DNA of 64,000 nt from Pseudovirgaria hyperparasitica. Lineage: Eukaryota. Positions 1 to 11,763 of the stretch are shown piece after piece. Each line of letters opens with the position of its first letter. Position 1 is the first letter of the stretch. The stretch lies in the NCBI GenBank assembly GCA_010093815.1, contig ML996571.1. The stretch is one strand, 5' to 3'. The notes beneath the pieces are model-generated. The model worked only from the letters and a program-made list of their open reading frames with translations. It searched no databases and was not told the origin of the DNA. The position numbers were made by a program, and so were the translations under genes.

Positions 1-1018
1 CTAGTAGTAATCTATACTAATATAAGTAAATCTACGTAAAGTTCTTCGAACTTACTTAAATACCTATAAGTAATAATACTTCTTAGTTATATAAGTGCTA
101 TATATTATAGATTTAGTACTACTATAAGTAATATATAACGGAAAGCGATAACTATAATAATATATAGCTAGATTATTAGAGCCCGGCCTAGGTCGGGGTA
201 GATTAATAGCTTTTAATATATCGGTAATATATACGAGATAGGGATTATTCGAAAGCGTCTATTTCTATACTAATTACTTTAGAGTATTAAGATTTTAGGA
301 AACTATATTATAATTATTATTAATTTATATAGATTATTACGAATTATATTATTACTAGCTAAGGATAGTATAAAAATTAGTAAATTACGTAAATCGTACT
401 AAATTATAGTAAATCTATATAAATCTATATCTATAAGAATCGGGTAATATACCTAATAATCTAAAAAACTCTATAAAGAGTTAAGAAGTTTTTTAAAGAA
501 AGGAATATTTCTAAGAAAAGATTTTAATATAGGTAGTACCTAGGCTTACCTAATTATATTACGTAATACGCTAGGCCTAATTAGATAATCTTACCTATAT
601 AAGAAGTTAAGATAGATAAAATCTAGTTAATTAGGAAAACGCTTATATAAATCTTAGATTAGTAAATATTAGTAAGTATCTAAGACGAAGCGTAGAGAAT
701 AACTAAGGTCTTATAAGACTTAGAATAGGGATATAGAGATAGGTAATAATCTAGGTTACTAAGGGCAGCTTCCTAGAGAGAAGGGATAATTATTAGAACT
801 TAGCCTTAGATAGGACCCGACCTATACGTACCTTAGCTAATAGGGTTAGAAGGTAATATAAAGGGCGGTAAATAGTCACGTGCTAGATAGATTAGCGTCT
901 CTTTATATATATACTCTCGGATTCCTACTAAAAGGGTTCGGTAGTAATTCGTTCTATAATAGAATACACCCTATTATTCTATCTAACTATACTACTATCT
1001 AATAACCCTATTCTTACA
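1..1018 (+). mobile_element. 3' end of a RIP-degraded Ty3/gypsy LTR retrotransposon (family B), incl. PPT and 3' LTR 791-1018
   Basis: 1-1018 is the reverse complement of ~30904-31921. The purine tract agagagaagggataat precedes a 228-bp LTR ending ...TTCTTACA. Element continues off the window to the left. Confidence 0.9.
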
Positions 1019-2015
1019 TTAGATCTATAGGCGATAATACTAGACTAGTAGAAACTATACTAGTAAGTAGTAATAGCGTAGGAGACTTTAGATTAGATAC
1101 TATAGCCTTCTTACGTCCTAGTAGCTAATAAGACTTATAGATAATAGTATTCTCGAAGGTAAGGAATATAGCCTCTAGTAAATCCTTTCTTACTAGACTA
1201 TAGATCTTATTAAGGAAGGTAAGAAGCTTATTCTAGTTATCTAGACTCTAGTCTAGAAGTATTAACTATTTCCTAGTATGACTAGATATTCCGAGCTTTA
1301 TAGTAAAGTCTTAAGTCTTAAATAGCTAGTTATTAGTACCGAGAGCCTTATTAATTAACTACTAAATCTCCTCCTTATATAACTCCTTCTTAAACTTATA
1401 CTAGGCTTCCGTCTTTAGTAATATAGCCTTAATAATCTTTCTAAAACTATCTACTCTAAGTTACTAATTTATATAGATAGACTATATTATCTTATTAAGA
1501 GCCGCGTTATTATTCTATAGATTCTTCTTCTTCTCCTCCTTAACTATATCTCTATAAACTAAAGTAGAGTTATTAGTATTATTAGATATATTATCTAGTA
1601 AGGCTAGAGGATCGCTTAATAAGGGTATATTAGAGGGCGCTAGTAGTATATTTTTACGCCTCGCCGCTATCTTCATAGCCCTTAATACCTTATCTATACT
1701 ATACTAGAGCGCCTTTAATATAGATATATATAGCTATAGCCTAGAAGATAGTAGTAGAGGTTCTATTAAGTTATTCTATCTAAATTAAATATCTTTATAC
1801 TACTTAGGAGATATAATAGATAGTATAAAATAGTTAAAAAAATACTAATATATAGCTAATATCGTATAATACTAATATATAATAGGTATTTTAATAGGTA
1901 TATGAGTATTCGTTAACGATGCCGTAAAATGTTAATTATATATAAAAACGCGTGTTGGTGGCATAGACGTGCATCGGGCGCTAAGCTTTCCCATGTAACT
2001 ATGGACAAACGGATG
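1019..2015. mobile_element. RIP-degraded end of a TIR DNA transposon related to the MITE at 4592-5087
   Basis: AT/TpA-rich relic ending in ...catcgggcgctaagctttcccatgtaactatggacaaacggatg (2015), a diverged copy of the MITE right TIR with the same CGGATG terminus. Normal GC composition resumes immediately after. Confidence 0.75.
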
Positions 2016-2550
2016 GTCTCACGCGAGCTGGGTCGGGTGTCTAGGGGCTTTGAGCTCTGGAATGCTCAACAGGTCTTGTGCTCAGCCGTCGTCTTTCTTC
2101 TTTTCTTTGGAATGCTTTGGTGCTTGTGATGAAGCTTTTCTTTCAAACCACCTACAGGTGCTAAGAGAGCTCGGAATCTCCCATTCAATTTTGTTGGGAC
2201 TTCATCTGGTTGGCCGTTTCCTCTTTCGGTTTGCTGCCTGATGTGTGCCTCGGCTGCCCTAATTTACATCACGAGAGCTCAAGGTGCAGTGTGCACATGT
2301 ACAAGACACTTTGGTTCCGTCTAAGACTCTCGCCGTAGCATAACCTGCATGAACCTGCATGCTTCATGTCCGTGTGATATATATGTGTAGATATACTATG
2401 TACCTTTCATTACAGCGTGAAACCATCAAACCATACTTCACTCATATCGTGACCCAGGGGTATCCGTGCCGATTCACCAAGATGCGCCGAAAACTTCTCT
2501 TAACACAATCAAAAGTTCAAAACTTCTTCATCGCTGTACAATGCGTACGC

Positions 2551-4110
2551 TTAGTCGTCCCAAGGGAAATCAGCAGCTTCCACTTTGGTGCACGTCAGAT
2601 ACGGCAGGCCACCCCCTTCTCTCCCAAGATCCAGCTCCAGGTAATTACGCATCAGAGGTTTAACCACGTCGCGAGCCAGGTTCTTTACTTCATCCATTCT
2701 TCTCTCGAACCTCTTCAGGTTCTCTCTATTATAGGTCTCCGGATTTATCTTTAGAAACCTCTTCAATTCGTCGTGACCGAGATAGGCGGAGCCAGCGGAT
2801 CCTATTAGCCTGAATATCCTGCCGGTGCTGGAGCCCGTCGCAGGCACGGGTGGTAATGGCTGACTCATCGAGTTGTTTCTACCGTGTGATCGCGCTGGAT
2901 CCTTGAGTATTGGCGGAGGCATGGGCGTAGTATGCTCTGCCAGCCATTGTCGAAATAGAGACATGGCGAGCCAGTCCAGCCAGTGATTTGAGGGCGTCAC
3001 TCGCTCGCCTCTTGAAGTTGTTAGGGTCAGTCGAAACAGTTTGCCCTCTATCTTCGCCTTGATCTCGTCTAACTCATCGACTTTGTCCTCGATCAACTCC
3101 ATGACAACTTCCGGCGTTTGTCCGCGTAGTTGACTGGAACCTGTCGGCCACTGGCCCACAACATGAATCAATGCTTCCGAGAATATTACTTTCGATCTTG
3201 CCAGATAACCGAGCTTTAGATAGCTTGGTGGATATTTCGCAATCTGCTTGAAAAGGCGGCCCTGGAACCGAAGCAAGTGATGATCTACTCTGGGCCCTAT
3301 AACCTCCAGCGCATCGTACATATCGGCGAGTTGTAGGAGTGTCTTGCACTGAACGTAGGCAACCGCGATATTGACAGCATCAAGGGCAGGAGCGTAGTTG
3401 TAGAAGATGCGAAATAGATTGTCGTAGTCTTGCAGAAGGTCATTCATGGGATCTTGCGCGGCTTGTGCTTGCTGGACGTTCAGGGTGGAGAAGTTGGCCA
3501 TGGACCGGAAGAAGCCTGCATTCGAGGGTGGGGGTTTGTTTCGTACCGGAGGTGGCTGTGGAGTATGATCACCTCCAAACAGCGTCTGTGTTGCTTCCTG
3601 TCGCTGTGTTAGCACTCATCTTGTGCAACATGCCAGCAGGGCCGGCTGCTGTGGTTTGCTCACCTTTTGCACTAGGATGGGCAGATCATTTTCCTCCCCA
3701 TTTCCCCAGTCCAGTTCATACCTCCACCTCTTCTTCTGACCTAATTCTCCAGCTCCAGTCCTCACAAGCATGGCATCTTGCGAGCCTGGTCCTGAGGGCC
3801 CGTTGGACTCGGTCGTGCGTGACCATTCCTCGCTCGTTCCAGCCTCAAAGAAGCCGGAGCACTGCGACAATATCAAGCGATGCAACAAATATCTCTGATC
3901 TTTCCTTCCGTCCTGTGATTTCAGTATTATCTCGATATCGCCCGTGTGCGTAAAGACTGGGAATTCGTTCTGTGGCTGATATGCTGATCCACCATAGTGG
4001 GAGCGGTGCGGTCTATGCCGACGCACAGTTGAAGGTCGTGATGTCGCCGAAACGACTGAAGGAGTCCGCCGTGTGAGTGTCCGTTCTGCCGAGTCGGGAT
4101 AGGAGACCAT
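2551..4110 (-). CDS. Conserved fungal BTB/POZ-like domain protein, 2 exons (4110-3664, 3597-2551), ~497 aa
   Basis: GDIEIIL...YLLHRLILSQCSGFFEA is BTB-like. A phase-0 intron GTGAGC...GCTAAC...CAG joins ORFs 3616..4110 and 2551..3615 in frame. Confidence 0.85.
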
Positions 4111-4591
4111 AGTGTTGTCGCAACGCGCTGGAAGAGCAGCGATGCCTCACTATACCGGACTCGTGGTTGGCGACAAAACACAGCGCGCGAAGTGCATATA
4201 GAGATCAGACGTTCGAGCCGCCCGGCAAAAGGTCTTTGTGACTCTCCTCCGTGATCGAAGCTGAGGTGTCAATGCACTCACTGCAGGCTGATTGGATTTC
4301 GTCCCAAGGTCCGTACAAGGAACAGGTCCCTTGAGAATCACTGGACAGCGGGGCCGATGAGGTGAGGCTAGTATCCGACGCCAGGAACAGACGGGGATAG
4401 GTGGACAGCCGAAAATCACGGGAGTTTCTCAAAGGTGTTGCGATACATGGACAATGATTGTCTTCGCTGCTCAGTACGCAGAAAGTGTTTCAAAATCGAT
4501 TTACAAGTCGTAAAGCGAAAGGCGCGCTCGTCCGTGGCGAGTTGAGCCCTAACTCACCCGATGCATCTGTTGCATGTCTGCGGCTTCGGTT

Positions 4592-5087
4592 CATCCGTAT
4601 ATCCATAGTTGCATGGGAAAGCTTGGCGCCCGATGTTCGCCGTGTCACCAACACACACGATTTAGTATAATCGACATTTTTATCTATTACTACTATAGTA
4701 TACTTATATAGTATCTATAACTATATAGTATAGTATTAAAGAGGTAGTATAACTAATATATAGTACTATTAACCCCTAATACCTCCCCTATATCTATCTA
4801 GAGTACCTTTAAATATAGAGGTATATACCTAGCTAGACGTAAGAATATCTCTATATAACTACTCTTTTTTTATAGTTTTAGAGGTATTATAGATAATATA
4901 AAGTAATATAAAGGCTATAGAGATATAATAAGGATTATATAGAACTAATATTTAGTAATATTTAGTACTATATAAGTATTATACGGCGGTAATAGATAAA
5001 AATGTCGATTATACTAAATCGTGTGTGTTGGTGACACGGCGAACATCGGGCGCCAAGCTTTCCCATGCAACTATGGATATACGGATG
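4592..5087. mobile_element. MITE / non-autonomous TIR element, 496 bp, perfect 99-bp TIRs
   Basis: 4592-4690 is the exact reverse complement of 4989-5087 (CATCCGTATATCC...). The interior is AT/TpA-rich. No clean TSD (cggtt / cggat). Confidence 0.9.
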
Positions 5088-5292
5088 CGGATTGGTCACT
5101 GCTGTTCCGCCAATAGAAAAGTGTAGCCGCACCAAGACGATCCAAGTGTGGCGCAGTCACGCATCTACACAGCTGCCCATGAATATTTTGATTCAGCTTC
5201 GCTTCGATCCTACTCCAGTGAATATAATACTTCATACATATGTTTATACAGTCAATACCGTACATCCATGAATGTCATTCGACAGACGTGCA

Positions 5293-6798
5293 CTACCGAC
5301 GCTTGATAAATTCGGCGCCGTCCATCCATGGTCGGAGTACCTCCGGTATCCTCACACTCTTCTCTGCAGCATCCCAGTGGTTCTCGAGTAAGCAGGCGAG
5401 GACTCTAGGCACAGCTAGGGCTGTTCCATTCAATGTATACGGGAATTCTAGTCGTCCACCTTTATTCTCAATGCGAACTTGCGTAGCTAGGCGTCGTGTC
5501 TGATAGTCGGTACAATTCGACAGCGAAGAAACTTCTCCCCAACCTTCATGCTTCTGTTGCCGTGATGGAAAGTATGCTTCAATATCCTGTTTCCTTGTCG
5601 CGCTGGCTCCGAGATCGTTGGATGGCATCTCCAGAATACGGCAATGCAATCCCAACGATTCCAGAATTTCCTTCTGCATGTCGAGCATCTCTTCGAAAAT
5701 CTGTTGTGACTGTTGTGGCTTTGGCTCGCCAAAATGTTCACCGGAGCAGTTATCAGGAAGAGTCCAGGCAAACATCTCAACCTTTGTGAACTCATGGACC
5801 CTGTATAGACCTTTTGCGTCAACACCTCGTGCTCCTGCCTCAGCGCGATAACACCTGTTGACGCCAATAACCTTGAGCGGAAGATCCGCGTCTGGGATAG
5901 ATTGACTTGCTTTCATTGCAGCCAATGGTATCTCGGCGGTCCCAGCAAGTGCGAGACTAGGTCTTCCTTTGTCTTTCTCTAATTGTTCTAGAGTATAGAT
6001 CTGTTGCTCCTCGCCCTGGTCGCGAGGTTGGAATCCACAGGCAGCCGCCATATGAGTGTAGACAATCGATGGCGGAGATACTGCCATCCATCCTCGCTTC
6101 CTGGCCACGCTGAGTGCATACTGTATGAGAGCATACTCCAACATGGCACCTTCATTGATGAGGTAATACCAGCCCCATCCGGAGGTAGTCGCAGCAGCAG
6201 TGAAGTCCAATAGTTGCAGCTCTGTGCCAATATCGACGTGAGATATCCCGACACCTTCTGCTGGAGGTGGTGGCTCATTGATATAACCAACAGTGTGCGG
6301 TGTGGAACCAAGGGGTGTTGAGGTACTGGAAAGATTTGGGAGTCCCCAAGCTAAGTCCTCTATCTGCTGTTGTATTGACTTTTGCTCCTCCTCAAAGCCA
6401 CTCAATGGAACTTTCAAACTTTTTGCTTCTTTGATAATCGCTTCTTTGCTTAGGATCTCTGTTGTTGATGCGGCTTTACTTTTGCCTTTGGAGACCACCT
6501 GTTTCAGCATCGCTTGTAGATCATTGTTTCGAGTACGGAGCCGCCTAGCCTCATGCTCACAGGTTTGCCATCTACCAAACAGCTCAGCTATCTGCCATGA
6601 GTTTCCTTCTAAGCTAGCGTAGTTGCGCTCGACGCAGTTTTGGCTGTACAAGCCCGGATTCAGTCGTATGTGCTTTATGTCCAGGGTCGGCTTTGGTGCA
6701 ATTGAGGGCCTCACGTAGGACCTAGGATGCTCCGTAGTCCGTCCATTCCGAAATGCTTTCCTCCCGATGAATCGAGCAGGACAACACCTTTTCAGCAT
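5293..6798 (-). CDS. DIA4: Seryl-tRNA synthetase, probably mitochondrial
   Basis: Class II SerRS motifs LAGTAEIPL, CYRAEAGARG, GLYRVHEFTKVEMF, EVSSLSNCTDYQTRRL, TLNGTALAVPR. Arg-rich N-terminal presequence. Start is inferred at ATG 6798; 6825 is also possible. Confidence 0.92.
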   Translation of the reverse strand: MLKRCCPARFIGRKAFRNGRTTEHPRSYVRPSIAPKPTLDIKHIRLNPGLYSQNCVERNYASLEGNSWQIAELFGRWQTCEHEARRLRTRNNDLQAMLKQVVSKGKSKAASTTEILSKEAIIKEAKSLKVPLSGFEEEQKSIQQQIEDLAWGLPNLSSTSTPLGSTPHTVGYINEPPPPAEGVGISHVDIGTELQLLDFTAAATTSGWGWYYLINEGAMLEYALIQYALSVARKRGWMAVSPPSIVYTHMAAACGFQPRDQGEEQQIYTLEQLEKDKGRPSLALAGTAEIPLAAMKASQSIPDADLPLKVIGVNRCYRAEAGARGVDAKGLYRVHEFTKVEMFAWTLPDNCSGEHFGEPKPQQSQQIFEEMLDMQKEILESLGLHCRILEMPSNDLGASATRKQDIEAYFPSRQQKHEGWGEVSSLSNCTDYQTRRLATQVRIENKGGRLEFPYTLNGTALAVPRVLACLLENHWDAAEKSVRIPEVLRPWMDGAEFIKRR

Positions 6799-7080
6799 GA
6801 GTACCGATGTTAAAATCGTGGTCATGAATACAGAGTCACGAGATGTAACAATGTCAGTCAGGATTGAAACTGCCAAGACATCGGCGAAAATTCGGAATAG
6901 CTATCCAAGCAACGCGTCTCACGCCCAACGCGTCTTCATCGATTCACTGTAATTCACTGTCAACGGAAGTGTCCAATGGAAGTACGACCTCAATGGCAGA
7001 CCGTGTCGCTGAGGCACATGTCAATTTGAAAAGACGGGCAGAAGAACACTTGACAGCCTCCGCCCTGAAAGTCGCACGCC

Positions 7081-10000
7081 ATGAACCCAAACCACCAAAC
7101 CCCTGGATTTGCACTTCGAAAGAACGCTTGGCGGGTATGGGTACCCCGTATCGTGTATCCAGATCATCCTTTGAATGGGACCGACAATGAAGTCCATGTT
7201 CTTCCTTACCCCTTGACTCTGTTCCCAAAATCATCGTGGCGCAGATTTCATGACATCAACCCCTCCGGTACTACTGATTCTCACTACGTATGCCGCCATT
7301 GCAACAGAGACCGTGGCGAACCTCCTGCGCATAAGCGCAAACTCTTTCTTGTTGCTGAAAGACTGTGCTGGGGCTTTGGGGCTACATTGACTTTGAGTAA
7401 AGACATTAATGAGATGCTGTTATGGCAGGTCAACTACAGCCTTGGGCTCCTGGATCCATTCATTGAACCTCCAGGACAAAAGCCCGGTGGTACATATAGT
7501 CAGAACAACGAATGGTACCCGTTCGCTTCGGAATACGAGATGGAAGCGGCTATGACTCTGGTTAGTAAGCCGGATGCCTTTTCCAAACATTCATTCAAAA
7601 CATGGCTCGGAATTTTGGATGCATTCGACCCGCCTGCAAGCGACGTTCATGAGCCTAGGCAAAGCCCTTTGGCAGATACAGATGGGAATGCTCGACGCAA
7701 TGTTGAAGAGCTAGCTAAGGAGAGCATTACTCCAAATCAAAACAACGTCCTACAGCCAGCATCCTGTAGCAGAATATCACAAACAGACAGTCAGATCGGC
7801 TCATACAGAACACTTGTGAGCTTCTACGCGCTTCTAGATAAGATTGAAAGGACATCATACGTCGGATCACGCTTTCTGGAAGCTTATGCAGACCATGTCC
7901 GCAACGATATATGCCAGGACTGCTGGTTCACGCATCTCGTGAAACCCGATATGTCAGACGAAGATCATGCGTCACTTTTCATGCCAGAGCAATCGACAAG
8001 TGCGGCTTCCACATCAACACTTGCATCGCAAGCACAAGTACAAGAACAAACTGCATCACTAGCGTCGTCTTCCGCTTCAAGCTCTAACTTGGGAGCAGTC
8101 ATGCAGCAACCAAGTACGCAGCTACAACAACGGAGACATTCACCGCAGCCGCAACAACCCGATCAAACCGCAACGCCTGTTCAATCTGAAGCATTGTGTG
8201 TCAGTACAGGGTCGTTCGGTAATTTGTCACCAGCGCCAAATTCATTTTTGCCAAATAGGTCGCACGCTTTCTCACCTCGACAATACTTACCGCCCACCTC
8301 CTTAGGGACTGCGATCTCTAGCCGGCATGAGGCTCCTTGTGCCCGCGGCCCGGCCCTACCAAATAGTTCTTCCACTTCTGCCCTTTCAGTCGAAAGAAAC
8401 CAATCCATACGTCTTGCTTCAGTCTCTAGCTCATCGACTAAAACATCACAATTCCCACATGTTCCATCATCGGAACAAGCTACGCCTTCAATGCATGCAC
8501 AGCGATCATGTCCGACACGAGCAGCATATCCTGAGAATGTAGAAATAGAGGGATTAGCGCGGCCGACCGGAGGTGCAGCATCATCTGAACAACGAGCAAG
8601 CTCGCGAGGAGCAGCGTCACTCAATCAAGGAGCCATATTTTCACCATCTCAAGCGAAGTCTTCAACAAAAGCAGTGCAGTTATCTGTTGGAGACCATATA
8701 GGAAAGGATGCTTCTGACGGTCTGGGATCGCCGCAAATTCCGATATCCACTCATTGCCGCCGACTATGGAACCATGCTGGCTCAGCCGCCCAGATCAAGA
8801 ACGACTTCAAGGCCGGAAACCCGCTTCAGGTCTTGTTCAATATTTATAGGGTGCCAGGGTACGCTAGGGTCCGCGTGCAGGCATACTTGGAGAACTGTGC
8901 TCCGCGAGCTTACGAAGAAAAGATGACCCTTCAATGTGTATACGCTGCGCATATTCACTGTACTGCCTGCTCTCCTTCGTCCATATCAGAACGGAAAGAG
9001 ACGGAGCTCGCTGACAAGTCGACACAGCCAGTCAGTCGAAGGTCGAATGAAAATGGACATATAACAATCTCTGCAACCCTGCAATCGGCCTCGTCTGTTA
9101 TGACTGATCCAAGACCATTGAACTACTTTGTGGATACGGAGAACGCTGTCCTGCACTCTGCACTTGATCCTGCTCCTTCAACCCAGCCGCTCCAGAGCAT
9201 ACGTGGAGGCAGTTGTCATGTAGCCAGTAGAGCTGCTTGCTACACCATGGTACCGAAGAAGCCGGATACTCCAGCTCGTCCGCGTGGCCTCGGTTTGAGC
9301 ATCATTGCACCAACATCGATCACGTCGCTCCCGTCATCGAGGAATTGCCGGTCGCCAGGTGCCGATGGACGCATGACTGCCAGTGAAGGAGGATCGTTGA
9401 ACAAGATACAGGATACGAGGAAGAGCGAGAGTGCCCCTCAAATCGGATCGACAGGAAGATGGAATAGGACTCGTGCTAAGAATCAGAGTAGTGTCGATTC
9501 CAGTTCACGCGCTGTTGTCTCAACCTTGTTTTCTACTGGTCAATCAACTTGCCTTGCTAGCCTCGAATTCTTCTTTGCTGGATTATTGCCAACTTTGACA
9601 TTTTACGATGCCTACGGTCTTGTGGGGCGTCACGGTGGCAAAGTTACCGCTGTACCTAGCAAGAGGACAAACTACGCTGTCCTCGGCGCCGATGTCGATT
9701 CCATCATACACCAGGTGATAAAGCAGAATAACATAAAGAGCATCACTGAAAATGGTCTTTACGAGCTGATTCGTTGTTTATCTACGAATATCGAAGTCAG
9801 TAGTGCTGCGGGTTCTCGTGCAGAAATGCGGCATTCTGTCTCGTCACCACATCATATCAACGTAGACCCACGGCTTGAAACTGCTGGCAGAATAGCCAGG
9901 GAAACCTCGCAGCGCGTTGGGGTTTCGCAAGGTCCTATGACGAACATACAAACCACCTTGAATTCTGATATACCCACCATTCCAGTCCAACCCACTCACC

Positions 10001-11037
10001 GAGTTTCAACGGACTTCACGACTGGTATTCCGGAAGGAACTGTTCAAGCTGGAATAGGCTGTTCGAAACAGAATACCCATCCTGAGCCTGACACTTCGAG
10101 GGAGACTGTATCAATAGCGAGCATTGAACTGGTCCCATCGCCCAGACGGTCCACTAGTCAGCAGAAGACCATAGCACGCGTTCCCTCTCTCGCATCGCCT
10201 TCGATGTCACCCACACGTGAGCCCGACAGAACAAAGGAAACCGCGAATCCCTCATCAATGACTGCCCCTGCAGCACCGTCTACAAAAAGTCCGAAGACTC
10301 CAAGCAGTGGAAACTCAGCAACGAACCGCCGACACGATGAGTTGATCAAACGGTGGAAGAATAACCACCAAAGTATCGAGCGAGAACGTCTGGGAGGGCA
10401 CAAACCTGCACCAGGCAAAACTAGTGACAACAACCAAGCGGCCAAAATCGACAGCCCTCTACAGTCCACTCCAAGCCAGCGAGTACAACCATTCAGCTCC
10501 TCGGCCAAGGACAAAGCAGCATCAATCCGCACCCCCAGCTCCAAGCATATATTAACTCCCATCCCCAAATCTTCGCAACTCCCAAAACCGACCCCACCCT
10601 CATCCTCCCAACCAGCCCGAAACAGCGCCCTCGCTGCCAAATTCGCCTTCCTCACCACACCACTCCCTCCACTCCCAACCGCTGTACCCGCAAGAAACTC
10701 TCACTCCCTCTCCCGAACGGCCGCATCCCAAAAACCCCCATCTTACAGCCAGTTGCAGTCGACACTCAAATTCTCATCCAGCCCAGTCCCTAAATCCGAA
10801 CGCTCACCTTCCAGTCAAAACGCACGCCGCACCCCGCTTCGACCGACAACCTCGAATCGCGGCTCCAGCGCTTGTCCGATTATGTGTGACTCGCCGAGTC
10901 CGCCGCCCATGGTGCGGGGGAGACTGCATGGCACTTCGACTCCTAATGGAGCTTCTAGAGGAGGGAAGGCGGTGAGGAATCATGGGAGGAGTGCGAACGG
11001 GAATGATGTGCCACCGCCTTCGACCGCGGCATTTTGA
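7081..11037 (+). CDS. 1318-aa largely disordered Ser/Pro-rich protein with an RFC1-like BRCT domain (~9550-9775)
   Basis: Long uninterrupted ORF. CLASLEFFFAGLLPTL...LVGRHGGKVTAVPSKRTNYAVLG...ITENGLYELIR matches the RFC1/ligase BRCT pattern. No AAA+ domain, so not RFC1 itself. Confidence 0.75.
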   Translation: MNPNHQTPGFALRKNAWRVWVPRIVYPDHPLNGTDNEVHVLPYPLTLFPKSSWRRFHDINPSGTTDSHYVCRHCNRDRGEPPAHKRKLFLVAERLCWGFGATLTLSKDINEMLLWQVNYSLGLLDPFIEPPGQKPGGTYSQNNEWYPFASEYEMEAAMTLVSKPDAFSKHSFKTWLGILDAFDPPASDVHEPRQSPLADTDGNARRNVEELAKESITPNQNNVLQPASCSRISQTDSQIGSYRTLVSFYALLDKIERTSYVGSRFLEAYADHVRNDICQDCWFTHLVKPDMSDEDHASLFMPEQSTSAASTSTLASQAQVQEQTASLASSSASSSNLGAVMQQPSTQLQQRRHSPQPQQPDQTATPVQSEALCVSTGSFGNLSPAPNSFLPNRSHAFSPRQYLPPTSLGTAISSRHEAPCARGPALPNSSSTSALSVERNQSIRLASVSSSSTKTSQFPHVPSSEQATPSMHAQRSCPTRAAYPENVEIEGLARPTGGAASSEQRASSRGAASLNQGAIFSPSQAKSSTKAVQLSVGDHIGKDASDGLGSPQIPISTHCRRLWNHAGSAAQIKNDFKAGNPLQVLFNIYRVPGYARVRVQAYLENCAPRAYEEKMTLQCVYAAHIHCTACSPSSISERKETELADKSTQPVSRRSNENGHITISATLQSASSVMTDPRPLNYFVDTENAVLHSALDPAPSTQPLQSIRGGSCHVASRAACYTMVPKKPDTPARPRGLGLSIIAPTSITSLPSSRNCRSPGADGRMTASEGGSLNKIQDTRKSESAPQIGSTGRWNRTRAKNQSSVDSSSRAVVSTLFSTGQSTCLASLEFFFAGLLPTLTFYDAYGLVGRHGGKVTAVPSKRTNYAVLGADVDSIIHQVIKQNNIKSITENGLYELIRCLSTNIEVSSAAGSRAEMRHSVSSPHHINVDPRLETAGRIARETSQRVGVSQGPMTNIQTTLNSDIPTIPVQPTHRVSTDFTTGIPEGTVQAGIGCSKQNTHPEPDTSRETVSIASIELVPSPRRSTSQQKTIARVPSLASPSMSPTREPDRTKETANPSSMTAPAAPSTKSPKTPSSGNSATNRRHDELIKRWKNNHQSIERERLGGHKPAPGKTSDNNQAAKIDSPLQSTPSQRVQPFSSSAKDKAASIRTPSSKHILTPIPKSSQLPKPTPPSSSQPARNSALAAKFAFLTTPLPPLPTAVPARNSHSLSRTAASQKPPSYSQLQSTLKFSSSPVPKSERSPSSQNARRTPLRPTTSNRGSSACPIMCDSPSPPPMVRGRLHGTSTPNGASRGGKAVRNHGRSANGNDVPPPSTAAF

Positions 11038-11763
11038 GATTGATATGAGTTGTATGGCTGTAATCGTGATTGGATCGTGCAAAGCTTGATTTTGGTTGAT
11101 TTTGGCAACTCATCATGCCTTGGATAGTGCTCTGGAAATGGGCTTGCGTCTCCGGGACATTCTCGAAAAGGAGAGGTTCGGGGCTTTGTGGCAAAAGTCG
11201 ATTAGTATAGCATTCCTGGTAGCATGTGTTTGGAGATACCCCCTTTTGCACGGCCTAACATAGCGTAGCGTTACGTAGCATTGCGGAAGCAAGCATAGCA
11301 CACACATAGTAGTATAAAGCTGGCTTGATATCAAGATCTGGTTTTCGCAAAGTCGAATTTGCCAGTACCCAACAGCACTTTGGCCTCTCCCTCCCAAGGA
11401 GAAGTTAAGTCGAGAGCGACGCATATTTCGAACTGTGGATCTTTCAGAAAATGGATCAACCTGAATTGAGGTCTTCTCTATCGACCGCTCTATACCGCGA
11501 TCCGACACAGACACACAGACACACAGACATAAAACGAACAAGAAGAGCGGAGTCTGCAAATCCCATCCCACGCTCGCGTATACCGACCGCCCATGCATGC
11601 CCAAGTAGAAAGCCATCATCATGACACACAGAAGACGGACGTAAAAGAAAAATGCCCTCAAAAATGCCAGAACCGCTCGTAGGAAAGAAGATCGAAATCC
11701 GTCATAGCTCCCAATGGAATTGAGAAAAAAAATCGTATTCATGCTGCAAGACGTACTATTCCA

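Noticed and set aside
11113..11742. 209-aa minus-strand ORF
   Set aside because: Lies in the DGK1 3' region and includes a translated microsatellite (CLCVCVSVS). No domain features; likely spurious.
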